Source of the DNA: an uncultured Pelagibacteraceae bacterium
GTDB lineage: Bacteria; Pseudomonadota; Alphaproteobacteria; Pelagibacterales; AG-422-B15
DNA length: 64,000 nt
Direction of reading: 5' to 3'
Assembly (NCBI GenBank): GCA_902526005.1
Contig: CABZIW010000001.1
Location: 94,988-158,987, forward strand
Shown here: one piece after another, positions 51,203 through 59,936 of the stretch
Numbering within the stretch: position 1 is the stretch's first letter
Layout: the number at the start of each line of letters is the position of its first letter
Program-made: the position numbers and the translations under genes
The notes under the pieces: generated by a model
Databases searched by the model: none
Seen by the model: the letters and a program-made list of their open reading frames with translations, nothing else
What the model was told of the DNA's origin: nothing

Positions 51203-52727
51203 TTTACTTTTTTTGATCAAACTGATTAGAGTACTAAAAAAGTACAATGTATTAATCTTAATAAATAAAAATATACGATTTAAATTTTTATTTATTTTTT
51301 TTACTAATTTAATTTCTATAGGTGTGTCTTATGATAAAAACCACAAGAATAAATCTGACGGATTAAGAATTGCGCAAGCATTGAACGAACTTGGTCCTTC
51401 ATTTGTTAAACTAGGACAGTTAATATCTACAAGGCCAGATATCGTAGGCAATACAATTGCAGAGGATCTGTCATTATTAAGAGATAATTTGCCACCCTTT
51501 TCTAGAAAAATAGCTATTGAAATTATTGAAGATGAGTTTGGAACAAGTATTGATAGTATTTTTTCACAATTTAGCGAACCAATTGCTGCAGCTTCAATTG
51601 CTCAAGTGCATTTTGCTAAAATAAAATCATCTAATACAGAAATTGATGTGGCGGTGAAAGTTCTAAGGCCAGATATAGAAAAAATTATCAATCAGGAAAT
51701 GGAAAGGCTTGAGTGGCTTACCACTTTCATGGAAAATTTCACTGAATTTCAAAGGTTAAGGCCTAATTCTATAATAAAAAAAGCAAAGGAAGTCATAAAG
51801 TTTGAGCTGGATTTAAGATATGAGGCTGCGGCTGCTTCAGAGTTATCTGAGAATACGAATATGGATGAGAGTTTTTATGTACCAAAAGTTTATTGGGATA
51901 AAGTTACTCAAAAAATACTCACGATGGAAAAAATTATTGGTGTTCCTGCAGATAAAATTGATGAGTTGAATGAAAAAAAAGTAAATAAAAAACAGGCAGC
52001 TGAAAATCTGATTATAAATTTTTTAAGACAATCAATAAGAGATGGGTATTTTCATGCCGACCTTCATCAAGGTAATTTATTCCTTAATCCAAAAGGTAAA
52101 CTTTTAGCAGTTGATTTTGGTATTATGGGTAGATTGGATAAAAAAAATAGATCTTATTTAGCAGAAATTATTTATGGATTTATAAAACAAGATTATTTAC
52201 ATATTGCAAAAATTCATCAAGAAGCAGGCTTGATTGACAAAAATCAATCTATAGAGGATTTTTCACAAGCTTTGAGATCGATCGGGGAACCAATCATAAA
52301 TCAAAAAGCTAAAAATATTTCAATGGGAAATGTGCTTCTCCAGTTATTTGATATAACAAAGCAATTTAATATGTTTTTACAACCACAGCTTTTGCTTTTA
52401 CAGAAAACAATGATAACGGTTGAGGGCGTTGCCAGAAAGTTGGATCCAGATATTAATTTTTGGGAAGTATCGAAACCTGAAATTGAAACATGGCTAAAAG
52501 ATGAGTTAGGAATAAAAAATAGACTTCAACAAACGCAACAGGCATTACAAAGTATAGCAAGAAAAGTTCCTGACATTCCCGACTTTATCTCAAGAGCTGA
52601 TCAAGCCTTTGATTTGATTGTAAAGAATGAAGAGGATAAAACTCCAAAAAATAGTGCTAGCAATTCATATGTAATAGGCGGTGTAGCCCTTATAGTTGGA
52701 ATAATGCTTGCTTTTGTATTCATTTAG
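51192..52727 (+). CDS. ubiB: ubiquinone biosynthesis regulatory kinase-like protein UbiB (ABC1 family)
   Basis: LGPSFVKLGQLISTRPD, AAASIAQVH, HADLHQGN, and a C-terminal TM helix. Confidence 0.9.
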   Translation: MLSNLLFLIKLIRVLKKYNVLILINKNIRFKFLFIFFTNLISIGVSYDKNHKNKSDGLRIAQALNELGPSFVKLGQLISTRPDIVGNTIAEDLSLLRDNLPPFSRKIAIEIIEDEFGTSIDSIFSQFSEPIAAASIAQVHFAKIKSSNTEIDVAVKVLRPDIEKIINQEMERLEWLTTFMENFTEFQRLRPNSIIKKAKEVIKFELDLRYEAAAASELSENTNMDESFYVPKVYWDKVTQKILTMEKIIGVPADKIDELNEKKVNKKQAAENLIINFLRQSIRDGYFHADLHQGNLFLNPKGKLLAVDFGIMGRLDKKNRSYLAEIIYGFIKQDYLHIAKIHQEAGLIDKNQSIEDFSQALRSIGEPIINQKAKNISMGNVLLQLFDITKQFNMFLQPQLLLLQKTMITVEGVARKLDPDINFWEVSKPEIETWLKDELGIKNRLQQTQQALQSIARKVPDIPDFISRADQAFDLIVKNEEDKTPKNSASNSYVIGGVALIVGIMLAFVFI

Positions 52728-52773
52728 AAAAATTTTTCGTTTATTACTAGTCATTTAGAATAAAAAAGTATAC

Positions 52774-53979
52774 GTGTACAAAATGCAAAATAAAAAAGTT
52801 CTATTGATTATTACTGGAGGTATTGCTGCATATAAGTCGCTAGAAACAATACGTGAATTAAAGAAAAATAACGTAGACGTAACATGTATTTTAACAAAAT
52901 CTGGATCTGAATTTGTAACACCTTTATCTATTGAAAGTCTCTCAGGAAATAAAGTTTATACTGATTTGTTTAATTTAACAGATGAGCATGAAATGGGTCA
53001 CATTCAACTTTCTAGATTGTCAGATATTATTTTAGTTGCTCCAGCAACTGCAAATATGATTTCAAAAATGGCTTACGGGGTAGCTGATGATCTTGCATCT
53101 ACTGTTCTCATGGCTACAAACAAGCCAATACTGATTGCACCGGCAATGAATGTGAGAATGTGGTTGAATAATTCTACACAAAGAAATGTTGAGACATTGA
53201 AAAATGATGGCATCGAATTTATCGGCCCAGATAACGGTGAAATGGCTTGCGGTGAATACGGCGAAGGCCGCATGGCTGAACCGAATGAAGTCGTAAAATT
53301 TATTATAAAATATTTTGATGCGCTTGATTATAAACCTCTTGTGAATCGAACTGCCTTAGTGACTGCTGGTCCAACTAAAGAAATGATAGACCCTGTAAGA
53401 TTTATCTCTAATGAGTCCTCTGGAAAACAGGGTTATGCAATAGCAGAAACATTACAAAGCTTAGGTGCAAAAACAACTTTAGTTTCTGGCCCAACGAGCT
53501 TGGCCGAGCCTAATGTAGAACAGGTCATAAAAGTGAACTCAGCTGATCAAATGTTAGAAGCATGCGAAAGTTCACTGCCAGCAGATATAGCAGTATGTGC
53601 TGCTGCCGTAGCAGACTATAAGATTGCTAATAAAGAGATTGCAAAGATAAAGAAAGATGGATCACGTCAAAATATTATTTTAGAAGAAAACCCAGATATT
53701 TTAGAAAGACTAAGTAAAAGAAACCATTTAAGGCCAAAACTGGTAGTAGGTTTCGCAGCTGAGACTAGTAATCTTGAAAGAAACTCCAATGAAAAACTAA
53801 GTAAAAAAGGCTGTGATTGGGTTCTAGGCAACAATGTTTCAGAAAATAGTATATTTAATCAGGATACAAATAAAATATACTTTACGTCAAAACTATATTC
53901 TGAAAACTGGGAATTGATGACAAAAAAAGAAGTAGCCAAGAAACTATGTCAAAAAATTTCTCTTCACTTAAATAATTGA
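52774..53979 (+). CDS. coaBC: bifunctional phosphopantothenoylcysteine decarboxylase / phosphopantothenate-cysteine ligase
   Basis: Flavoprotein N-terminus ITGGIAAYK...PAMN plus a CoaB domain (VTAGPT.E.IDPVRFISN.SSGKQG). The track start is GTG; an in-frame ATG lies at 52783. Confidence 0.92.
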   Translation: MYKMQNKKVLLIITGGIAAYKSLETIRELKKNNVDVTCILTKSGSEFVTPLSIESLSGNKVYTDLFNLTDEHEMGHIQLSRLSDIILVAPATANMISKMAYGVADDLASTVLMATNKPILIAPAMNVRMWLNNSTQRNVETLKNDGIEFIGPDNGEMACGEYGEGRMAEPNEVVKFIIKYFDALDYKPLVNRTALVTAGPTKEMIDPVRFISNESSGKQGYAIAETLQSLGAKTTLVSGPTSLAEPNVEQVIKVNSADQMLEACESSLPADIAVCAAAVADYKIANKEIAKIKKDGSRQNIILEENPDILERLSKRNHLRPKLVVGFAAETSNLERNSNEKLSKKGCDWVLGNNVSENSIFNQDTNKIYFTSKLYSENWELMTKKEVAKKLCQKISLHLNN

Positions 53980-53989
53980 TATTATTGAT

Positions 53990-54451
53990 TTGGCTAATCT
54001 ACCTTTCTCAGAAGTACGCATAAAAAAAATTTCAAAGCTTAAGGATTTTGATGTTCCTTCTTATCAGACTGATGAGGCTGCTGGAGTTGACTTAAGTGCA
54101 TCCATTGAAAATTCAGTTAAAATTCGTCCATGGGAAAGAGAAATTATTCCATGTGGAATTTCAATTGCAATGCCAAAAGGTTTGGAGGCTCAGATTCGGC
54201 CAAGATCCGGTTTAGCATTTAAACATGGTATAACAATATTAAACACCCCTGGAACAATAGACAGTGATTATAGAGGTGAAATTAAAGTTGTATTAATAAA
54301 TTTAAGCAAAGATGAATTTACCATTCATCCAAAAGATAGAATTGCTCAAATGGTCTTCACAAATGCTATACAAGTAAAGTTCAAAGAAGTTCAAAATCTT
54401 GATCAAACAAAAAGGGGAGATGGAGGATTTGGATCTACCGGAAAAGATTAA
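53990..54451 (+). CDS. dut: dUTP diphosphatase
   Basis: The five dUTPase motifs AGVDL, PRSG, GTIDSDYRGE, RIAQ and RGDGGFGSTG. Apparent TTG start. Confidence 0.92.
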   Translation: MANLPFSEVRIKKISKLKDFDVPSYQTDEAAGVDLSASIENSVKIRPWEREIIPCGISIAMPKGLEAQIRPRSGLAFKHGITILNTPGTIDSDYRGEIKVVLINLSKDEFTIHPKDRIAQMVFTNAIQVKFKEVQNLDQTKRGDGGFGSTGKD

Positions 54452-55041
54452 TCAAAATCTTTTATTAGTGCAGCTTTTACCTCATTAGTAAGTACAGAGA
54501 TATGTGGATAGTGTTCGTGGTCGGTTCCAATCTCAACAGTGCAATCCATATCTTTAAAATCTTTAACATGATGATCTTCAAACTTAAAGTGTAGAAAATG
54601 AACTGATGATGTTTTTCCTGAGTTGTCTGTACGATCTACATCATTTTCAGGCATAGCAAAAATTTTATTTCCATTAACCTTTATATATGTCTTATTTTCT
54701 ACATTACCTAAAGAGGACAAAACTTTTTTCCTAGTTAATGGATTATCAATTTCAAACATGAATGTAGCAACTAATTCTGAACCATTTGGTATTAGTGGAT
54801 TATAGGCCTCTAACTCATCTCTTAATTGTTCATCGCCACCTTTTTCAATATAAAGCATTTCCTGTATCTGAGCTTTCATTGTAAAAAAATTTTCAAAGTA
54901 GAAAGTAGAATGTGGTCCTAACTCTACTCGTCTATTTTTTTTCATTGCAACAACTTCTTTTCGAATTGCCTTACGCTCTTTTGAATAAGTAGTTAAGTCT
55001 AATAAATCTGACGAGTCGATTTTTTTTTGTTCGATTGGCAT
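54448..55041 (-). CDS. DUF3501-like protein, function unknown
   Basis: 197 aa. Y..ER..IR..V...K..RRVELGPH.TFYFEN..T...QIQEML and YNPLIPNG.ELVATF match my recollection of DUF3501. Last gene of the rubrerythrin operon. Confidence 0.65.
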   Translation of the reverse strand: MPIEQKKIDSSDLLDLTTYSKERKAIRKEVVAMKKNRRVELGPHSTFYFENFFTMKAQIQEMLYIEKGGDEQLRDELEAYNPLIPNGSELVATFMFEIDNPLTRKKVLSSLGNVENKTYIKVNGNKIFAMPENDVDRTDNSGKTSSVHFLHFKFEDHHVKDFKDMDCTVEIGTDHEHYPHISVLTNEVKAALIKDFD

Positions 55042-55071
55042 ATCACTTACCTAATAATTAATCATTAAATA

Positions 55072-56412
55072 TCAAGTTAAATTATAGGATTTTGCTATAA
55101 CTTCTATTGGGTGCATTGATATATATTTTGTATCTTTATCTTCATTTAAAAATTCATTTAAATGCTTACAAGCAAGAGGGCAGTCCGAGACCATATACTT
55201 GTTTTTTTTGTTTCGGATTTGACGAGCGGTCGCCTTGCCGTATTTAATTGCCGACTTTCTTGTTTTTTTCATAACCCCAAAAGTTCCTCCATGTCCAGCA
55301 CACTTTTCAACGACATCTACTTTGGTTTCGGGAATTTTTTTCAACATTTCTAGTGCTTTATTGCCCATATTTTGTGCCCGAGCATGGCAGGCGTTGTGAA
55401 CAGTAATTCCATCATCAAAAGATTGTAAACCATCAACAAGCCCTTCTTTTTTAGCTATATCAACAATATATTCATCAATGTCAAAAACATGCTTTGATAG
55501 CCGTTTAACATTTTTATTTTCTGGGTTAATTAATGGCCATTCAAATTTTAACATTAAACCACAACTGGCTGTGAGAGTTACTATGTCATAACCTTGATCG
55601 ATAAGTTTACATAATTCTTCTGAGATATTTTCCGATTGAATTTTTACTTTTTCATGCTGCGCTTGCTCTAAATGAGGCATTCCGCAACAACCTGGGTACG
55701 TTGATATTGTATCCACACCATTAAAATTTAAAACATTATTAGCTGCTACTCCTACTTTTGAATTATTATGGTTAACATAACATGTTGAATAAATTGCGAC
55801 CTTTCTTCCGTAAGCTGGTGCATTTTTATTTAGCTTATTAGAAATATTTTTGAAGTTATCATGAAATGACTTTTTTTCGAACTTAGGTAATTCAGCATCT
55901 TTATCTATACCTGTCATAAGTTCCAATGGACTTCTTGTTAATTTATTTTTTTTATCAGATGACCAATTAGCTATACTGGGCGACAGTCTTGCGAGACTCG
56001 CATTTCGATCTACCTTTGCAAGTTCTTTTGGAATTTTAGATAATTTTTTTTGATTTTCTTGATAAGTTCTATATCTGAGCATCAGATGAGGAAAATCGAT
56101 ATTAAATTCATGGGGTGGTACGTAAGGACATTTAGTCATAAAACACATATCACATAATGTGCATTTATCTGTAACGTCCTCGAAATGTTTTTTTGTTAAA
56201 TCATCAACTGACTCATTTGGCGAGTCGTCAATAAAATCAAATAATGTTGGAAAACTATCGCAGAGATTAAAGCACCGTCGGCAACTATGACAAACTTCAA
56301 ACTGTCGACGCATCTCAGCATCTAAAGCTTTTTCATTTAGATATTCATCTGAGTTCCAATCTACAATATCACGTGTAGGTGCAGCTAAACTGCCTTCTTT
56401 TTTTATATCCAT
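55072..56412 (-). CDS. (Fe-S)-binding protein with two 4Fe-4S ferredoxin motifs and two CCG domains (GlpC/HdrD/LutA-like)
   Basis: CHSCRRCFNLC and CTLCDMCFMTKCP (CxxCxxCxxxC type), plus C-terminal Cys-rich CCG-type motifs (YSTCY...PGCCGMP; HNACH...CAGHGG). Confidence 0.8.
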   Translation of the reverse strand: MDIKKEGSLAAPTRDIVDWNSDEYLNEKALDAEMRRQFEVCHSCRRCFNLCDSFPTLFDFIDDSPNESVDDLTKKHFEDVTDKCTLCDMCFMTKCPYVPPHEFNIDFPHLMLRYRTYQENQKKLSKIPKELAKVDRNASLARLSPSIANWSSDKKNKLTRSPLELMTGIDKDAELPKFEKKSFHDNFKNISNKLNKNAPAYGRKVAIYSTCYVNHNNSKVGVAANNVLNFNGVDTISTYPGCCGMPHLEQAQHEKVKIQSENISEELCKLIDQGYDIVTLTASCGLMLKFEWPLINPENKNVKRLSKHVFDIDEYIVDIAKKEGLVDGLQSFDDGITVHNACHARAQNMGNKALEMLKKIPETKVDVVEKCAGHGGTFGVMKKTRKSAIKYGKATARQIRNKKNKYMVSDCPLACKHLNEFLNEDKDTKYISMHPIEVIAKSYNLT

Positions 56413-56418
56413 GATAGA

Positions 56419-56445
56419 AAAAAGGGGCTATTTAAGCCCCTTTTT
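56419..56445 (-). terminator. strong hairpin between rubrerythrin and the Fe-S gene (intra-operon terminator/attenuator)
   Basis: AAAAAGGGGCT-attta-AGCCCCTTTTT forms an 11-bp stem. On the minus strand it follows the rubrerythrin stop by 2 nt and runs into T5. Confidence 0.6.
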
Positions 56446-56447
56446 AA

Positions 56448-56867
56448 TTAATCGATTGAGTCTAATGTTTTTTGGAATTTGCCTGCGTGAGACTTTTCAG
56501 CTTTAGCCAATGTTTCGAACCAATCAGCTATTTCGTCAAAACCCTCTTCTCTTGCAGTCTTTGCCATGCCTGGATACATATCTGTATACTCATGAGTTTC
56601 TCCAGCTATAGCAGCTTTTAGATTATCCTCTGTTGAACCAATTGGTTCTCCTGTTGCAGGATCACCTACTTCTTCCATAAACTCTAAATGTCCATGAGCG
56701 TGTCCTGTTTCACCTTCTGCTGTTGATCTAAATACAGCAGCTACATCATTGTGGCCTTCAACATCTGCTTTTTGTGCAAAGTATAAATATCTTCTATTTG
56801 CTTGGCTCTCACCTGCAAATGCTGCTTTTAGGTTATCCAAAGTTTTACTATCTTTTAATTCAGTCAT
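56448..56867 (-). CDS. rubrerythrin-family di-iron protein (no rubredoxin domain)
   Basis: 139 aa four-helix bundle with GES...EGETGH and GETHEY...AEKSH (E...ExxH twice). Strong SD AAGGAGA. Confidence 0.85.
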   Translation of the reverse strand: MTELKDSKTLDNLKAAFAGESQANRRYLYFAQKADVEGHNDVAAVFRSTAEGETGHAHGHLEFMEEVGDPATGEPIGSTEDNLKAAIAGETHEYTDMYPGMAKTAREEGFDEIADWFETLAKAEKSHAGKFQKTLDSID

Positions 56868-56924
56868 TTGTCTCTCCTTAATAAGTTAGTACAAAGATAT
56901 AATTGATTTAAGAAAAGTCAATAC

Positions 56925-56941
56925 ATTAGAATCGTTCTAAA
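56925..56941 (-). promoter_or_regulatory. Irr iron-control element (ICE) upstream of rubrerythrin
   Basis: The minus strand reads TTTAGAA-CGA-TTCTAAT, matching the ICE consensus TTTAGAA-N3-TTCTAAA at 13/14 positions. It ends 3 nt upstream of a TTGACT -35 hexamer (56916-56921). Confidence 0.65.
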
Positions 56942-56943
56942 CT

Positions 56944-56962
56944 GATATTGAGAATTATTATC
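56944..56962. promoter_or_regulatory. Fur-box-like 19-mer
   Basis: GATATTGAGAATTATTATC matches the classical Fur box GATAATGATAATCATTATC at 16/19. It lies 2 nt from the ICE and 2 nt from the irr stop. The AT-rich background raises the chance expectation. Confidence 0.3.
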
Positions 56963-56964
56963 AA

Positions 56965-57357
56965 TTAATTATCTAAGTGAACTAGAACTTCTATCTTATT
57001 AATTTTTTTATTTTTTGGAGGCTTTGGGAGGCCACTTACTTTCATGTCTACATTTATATCAATCAATTTTTGATCCTTTTTAGAATAAAAGTGGTGATGA
57101 TGCTCAGTGTTAGTATCAAAATAAATACGATCAGAATTAATCATTAATTTTTTTAAAAGACCTTTTTCGTAAAAGTCATGAAGAGTATTATAGATTGTTG
57201 CAAGAGATATCCCTGCTTTCATCTTCAAAAGTTTATTTGATAGAGTTTCAGCTGTTACATGCTTGTTTACACCGTCAAATAAGTAACTTGCTATAATCAC
57301 TCTTTGCTTGGTTGGTCTTAGCGAGTTTTGTCTCAAAAAATGCTTGATATCTTTCAT
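56965..57357 (-). CDS. irr: Fur-family iron response regulator Irr
   Basis: LRPTKQRVIIASYLF...HVTAE...ISLATIYNTLHDF...GLLKK...IYFDTNTEHHHHFY...LIDI closely parallels Bradyrhizobium Irr, including the FDTN..HHH motif. It lacks the Fur C-terminal Cys pairs. Divergent from fabA-fabB-fabI, as in Rhizobiales. Confidence 0.85.
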   Translation of the reverse strand: MKDIKHFLRQNSLRPTKQRVIIASYLFDGVNKHVTAETLSNKLLKMKAGISLATIYNTLHDFYEKGLLKKLMINSDRIYFDTNTEHHHHFYSKKDQKLIDINVDMKVSGLPKPPKNKKINKIEVLVHLDN

Positions 57358-57378
57358 AAATTTATTTTTATTAAAATT

Positions 57379-57406
57379 TAATGTATTTTACAATAATAAT
57401 ACATTA
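57379..57406. promoter_or_regulatory. inverted repeat TAATGTATT-N10-AATACATTA in the irr/fabA divergent promoter region
   Basis: Perfect 9-bp arms (57379-57387 and 57398-57406) within the 91-bp spacer. Confidence 0.3.
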
Positions 57407-57448
57407 ATCTTACAAACTTCATATAAAACAATAAGATAGATAAACCTT

Positions 57449-57949
57449 GTGGAAAAAAAATCAAGCTTTACAAAAGAAGATCTTTTAGATTGCGCTCACG
57501 GCACAATGTTTGGTATTGGAAATGCACGGCTTCCACTTCCGCCAATGTTAATGTTTGATAGAATAACAAAAATTACTGATAGTGGTGGTAAATTCGGTAA
57601 AGGTGAAATTGTTGCTCAATTGGACGTAACACCAGACTTATGGTTTTTTGATTGTCATTTTGAAATGGATCCTGTGATGCCAGGATGTCTAGGCTTGGAT
57701 GCAATGTGGCAATTAGTTGGGTTCTATTTGGGATGGATTGGTGAACCTGGACGCGGTAGGGCGCTAGGTTCAGGTAATGTAAAATTTGGTGGTGAAATTT
57801 TAAAGGACTCAAAATTGGTTGAATATAAAATTGAAATGAAAAAAATAATAAAAAGAGGTGTTATTGTAGGAGTAGGCGATGGAGTGGTAGAAGTAGATGG
57901 TAAGCAAATATATTCTGCCGAAGGATTAAAGGTAGGACTGATTAAATAA
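57449..57949 (+). CDS. fabA: 3-hydroxydecanoyl-ACP dehydratase/isomerase
   Basis: [16 protein letters not shown], active-site region [18 protein letters not shown]. Apparent GTG start. Confidence 0.92.
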   Translation: MEKKSSFTKEDLLDCAHGTMFGIGNARLPLPPMLMFDRITKITDSGGKFGKGEIVAQLDVTPDLWFFDCHFEMDPVMPGCLGLDAMWQLVGFYLGWIGEPGRGRALGSGNVKFGGEILKDSKLVEYKIEMKKIIKRGVIVGVGDGVVEVDGKQIYSAEGLKVGLIK

Positions 57950-59160
57950 TGAGAAGAGTTGTAATTACAGGCCTTGGAATCGTATCATCGCTTGGAAATA
58001 ATAAGGATGAAGTAAAATCATCATTATACAATGCTTCGTCTGGTATTTCTTTTGACCAATCACAAAAAGAAATGGGTTTTAGAAGCCAGGTAAGTGGCCA
58101 AATAGATCTCAATATAGAAGAAACTATAGAAAGAAAGTTTCTTAGATTTATGGGAGATGGAGCGAGCTATAATTATATTGCTATGAATGAGGCCATTGAG
58201 GACTCCGGACTTAATGAAGATGAAATATCGAATAATATGACAGGTTTAATTATGGGATCGGGTGGACCATCTACCAAAAGCTTACTGAGAGCGTTTGACA
58301 TCACTCGAGAAAAAGGTCCGAAAAAAATTGGTCCTACAAGTGTTCCAAAAGTCATGTGCAGCACCAACTCTGCAACTTTATCAACGTATTTCAAAATTAA
58401 AGGTATAAATTATTCAATAAGTTCAGCATGCTCTACAAGTGCCCATTGTATAGGTAATGCTTATGAAATTATACAAATGGGAAAACAAGATCGTATATTT
58501 GCTGGAGGAGGTGAGGAATTAGATTGGACTTTGTCAGCGCTCTTTGATGCAATGCCTGCTTTATCCTCAAAATATAATGATCAACCCTCAAAATCTTCAA
58601 GGGCTTTTGATAAACATCGTGATGGTTTTGTTATTGCCGGCGGAGGTGGGGTAGTCGTTTTGGAAGATTTAGAAACAGCGGTAAAGAGAAATGCTAAGAT
58701 ATACGCTGAAATAGTCGGTTATGGAGCTACATCAGATGGTCATGACATGGTTCAACCATCAGGAGAAGGTGCTGAAAGGTGCATGATCATGGCAAAAAAA
58801 GATATTGAAAAAATTGATTACATTAATGCTCATGGAACATCAACACCTGTTGGTGATATTGCTGAATTAAAAGCAATAAAAAAAGTATTTAAAGATGATT
58901 TGCCTCTTATCAGTTCTACAAAATCTTTGAGTGGACATTCCTTAGGCGCAGCAGGTGTTCATGAGTCAATTTACACTTTATTAATGATGAATAATAATTT
59001 TGTTTCAGAATCTGCTAATATCGAGGAGTTGGATGAAGAAGCAATTGGAATGAATATTCTTACTTCACGTCATGATGAAAAAATTGATACCGCAATGAGT
59101 AATAGCTTTGGATTTGGCGGTACAAATGCATCATTAGTATTTAAGAGGTTTGAAGGATGA
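57949..59160 (+). CDS. fabB: 3-oxoacyl-ACP synthase I
   Basis: [12 protein letters not shown], active-site Cys in [40 protein letters not shown]. Confidence 0.92.
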   Translation: MRRVVITGLGIVSSLGNNKDEVKSSLYNASSGISFDQSQKEMGFRSQVSGQIDLNIEETIERKFLRFMGDGASYNYIAMNEAIEDSGLNEDEISNNMTGLIMGSGGPSTKSLLRAFDITREKGPKKIGPTSVPKVMCSTNSATLSTYFKIKGINYSISSACSTSAHCIGNAYEIIQMGKQDRIFAGGGEELDWTLSALFDAMPALSSKYNDQPSKSSRAFDKHRDGFVIAGGGGVVVLEDLETAVKRNAKIYAEIVGYGATSDGHDMVQPSGEGAERCMIMAKKDIEKIDYINAHGTSTPVGDIAELKAIKKVFKDDLPLISSTKSLSGHSLGAAGVHESIYTLLMMNNNFVSESANIEELDEEAIGMNILTSRHDEKIDTAMSNSFGFGGTNASLVFKRFEG

Positions 59161-59936
59161 GTTTACTGCATGGAAAAAAAGGGGTGGTTATGGGTGTTGC
59201 TAATGATCATTCCATTGCTTGGGGAATTTCAAAAAAATTATCTGATGAAGGTGCTAAGCTTTGTTTTACTTATCAGGGAGAGTCCTTACATCGAAGAGTG
59301 AAGCCTTTAGCAGATTCGATTAAAAGTAATTTTTTAATCGAATGTGACGTATTAAAAGAAGGATCAGTAAAAAAATCATTTGATGAAATTAGAAATCATT
59401 GGGGCGAAATTGACTTTGTATTACATTCAATAGCATTTTCTGAAAAAGAAGAATTAAAAGGAAAATATTTGAATACATCACGCAATAATTTTTCAAATAC
59501 TATGCTTATTTCATGTTTTTCTTTTACGGAGGTAGCTCACGAAGCTGAAAAACTAATGAAAAATGGTGGTTCACTTCTAACACTTACCTATGATGGATCT
59601 CAAAAATATATTCGGAACTACAACGTAATGGGTGTTGCAAAAGCTGCTCTTGAGTCCAGTGTAAGATATTTAGCTGCTGATCTCGGCCCTTCCAACGTTA
59701 GAGTCAATGCATTATCAGCAGGACCAATGAAAACACTTGCTATGGCTGGTATTTCTGGTGGCAAAGACATGATGAAGTGGTCTGAGAAAAATTCTTTAAT
59801 GAATAGAAACATTGATTTAGAGGATGTTGGAAAATCAGGCCTATACTTACTAAGTGATTTGTCTTCTGGCGTAACAGGTGAGACACATTACGTTGACTGT
59901 GGCTATAATATTGTTGGTGTTCCTAAAGAAATTTAG
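59157..59936 (+). CDS. fabI: enoyl-ACP reductase (NADH)
   Basis: [19 protein letters not shown], Tyr/Lys region [21 protein letters not shown]. Confidence 0.92.
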   Translation: MSLLHGKKGVVMGVANDHSIAWGISKKLSDEGAKLCFTYQGESLHRRVKPLADSIKSNFLIECDVLKEGSVKKSFDEIRNHWGEIDFVLHSIAFSEKEELKGKYLNTSRNNFSNTMLISCFSFTEVAHEAEKLMKNGGSLLTLTYDGSQKYIRNYNVMGVAKAALESSVRYLAADLGPSNVRVNALSAGPMKTLAMAGISGGKDMMKWSEKNSLMNRNIDLEDVGKSGLYLLSDLSSGVTGETHYVDCGYNIVGVPKEI

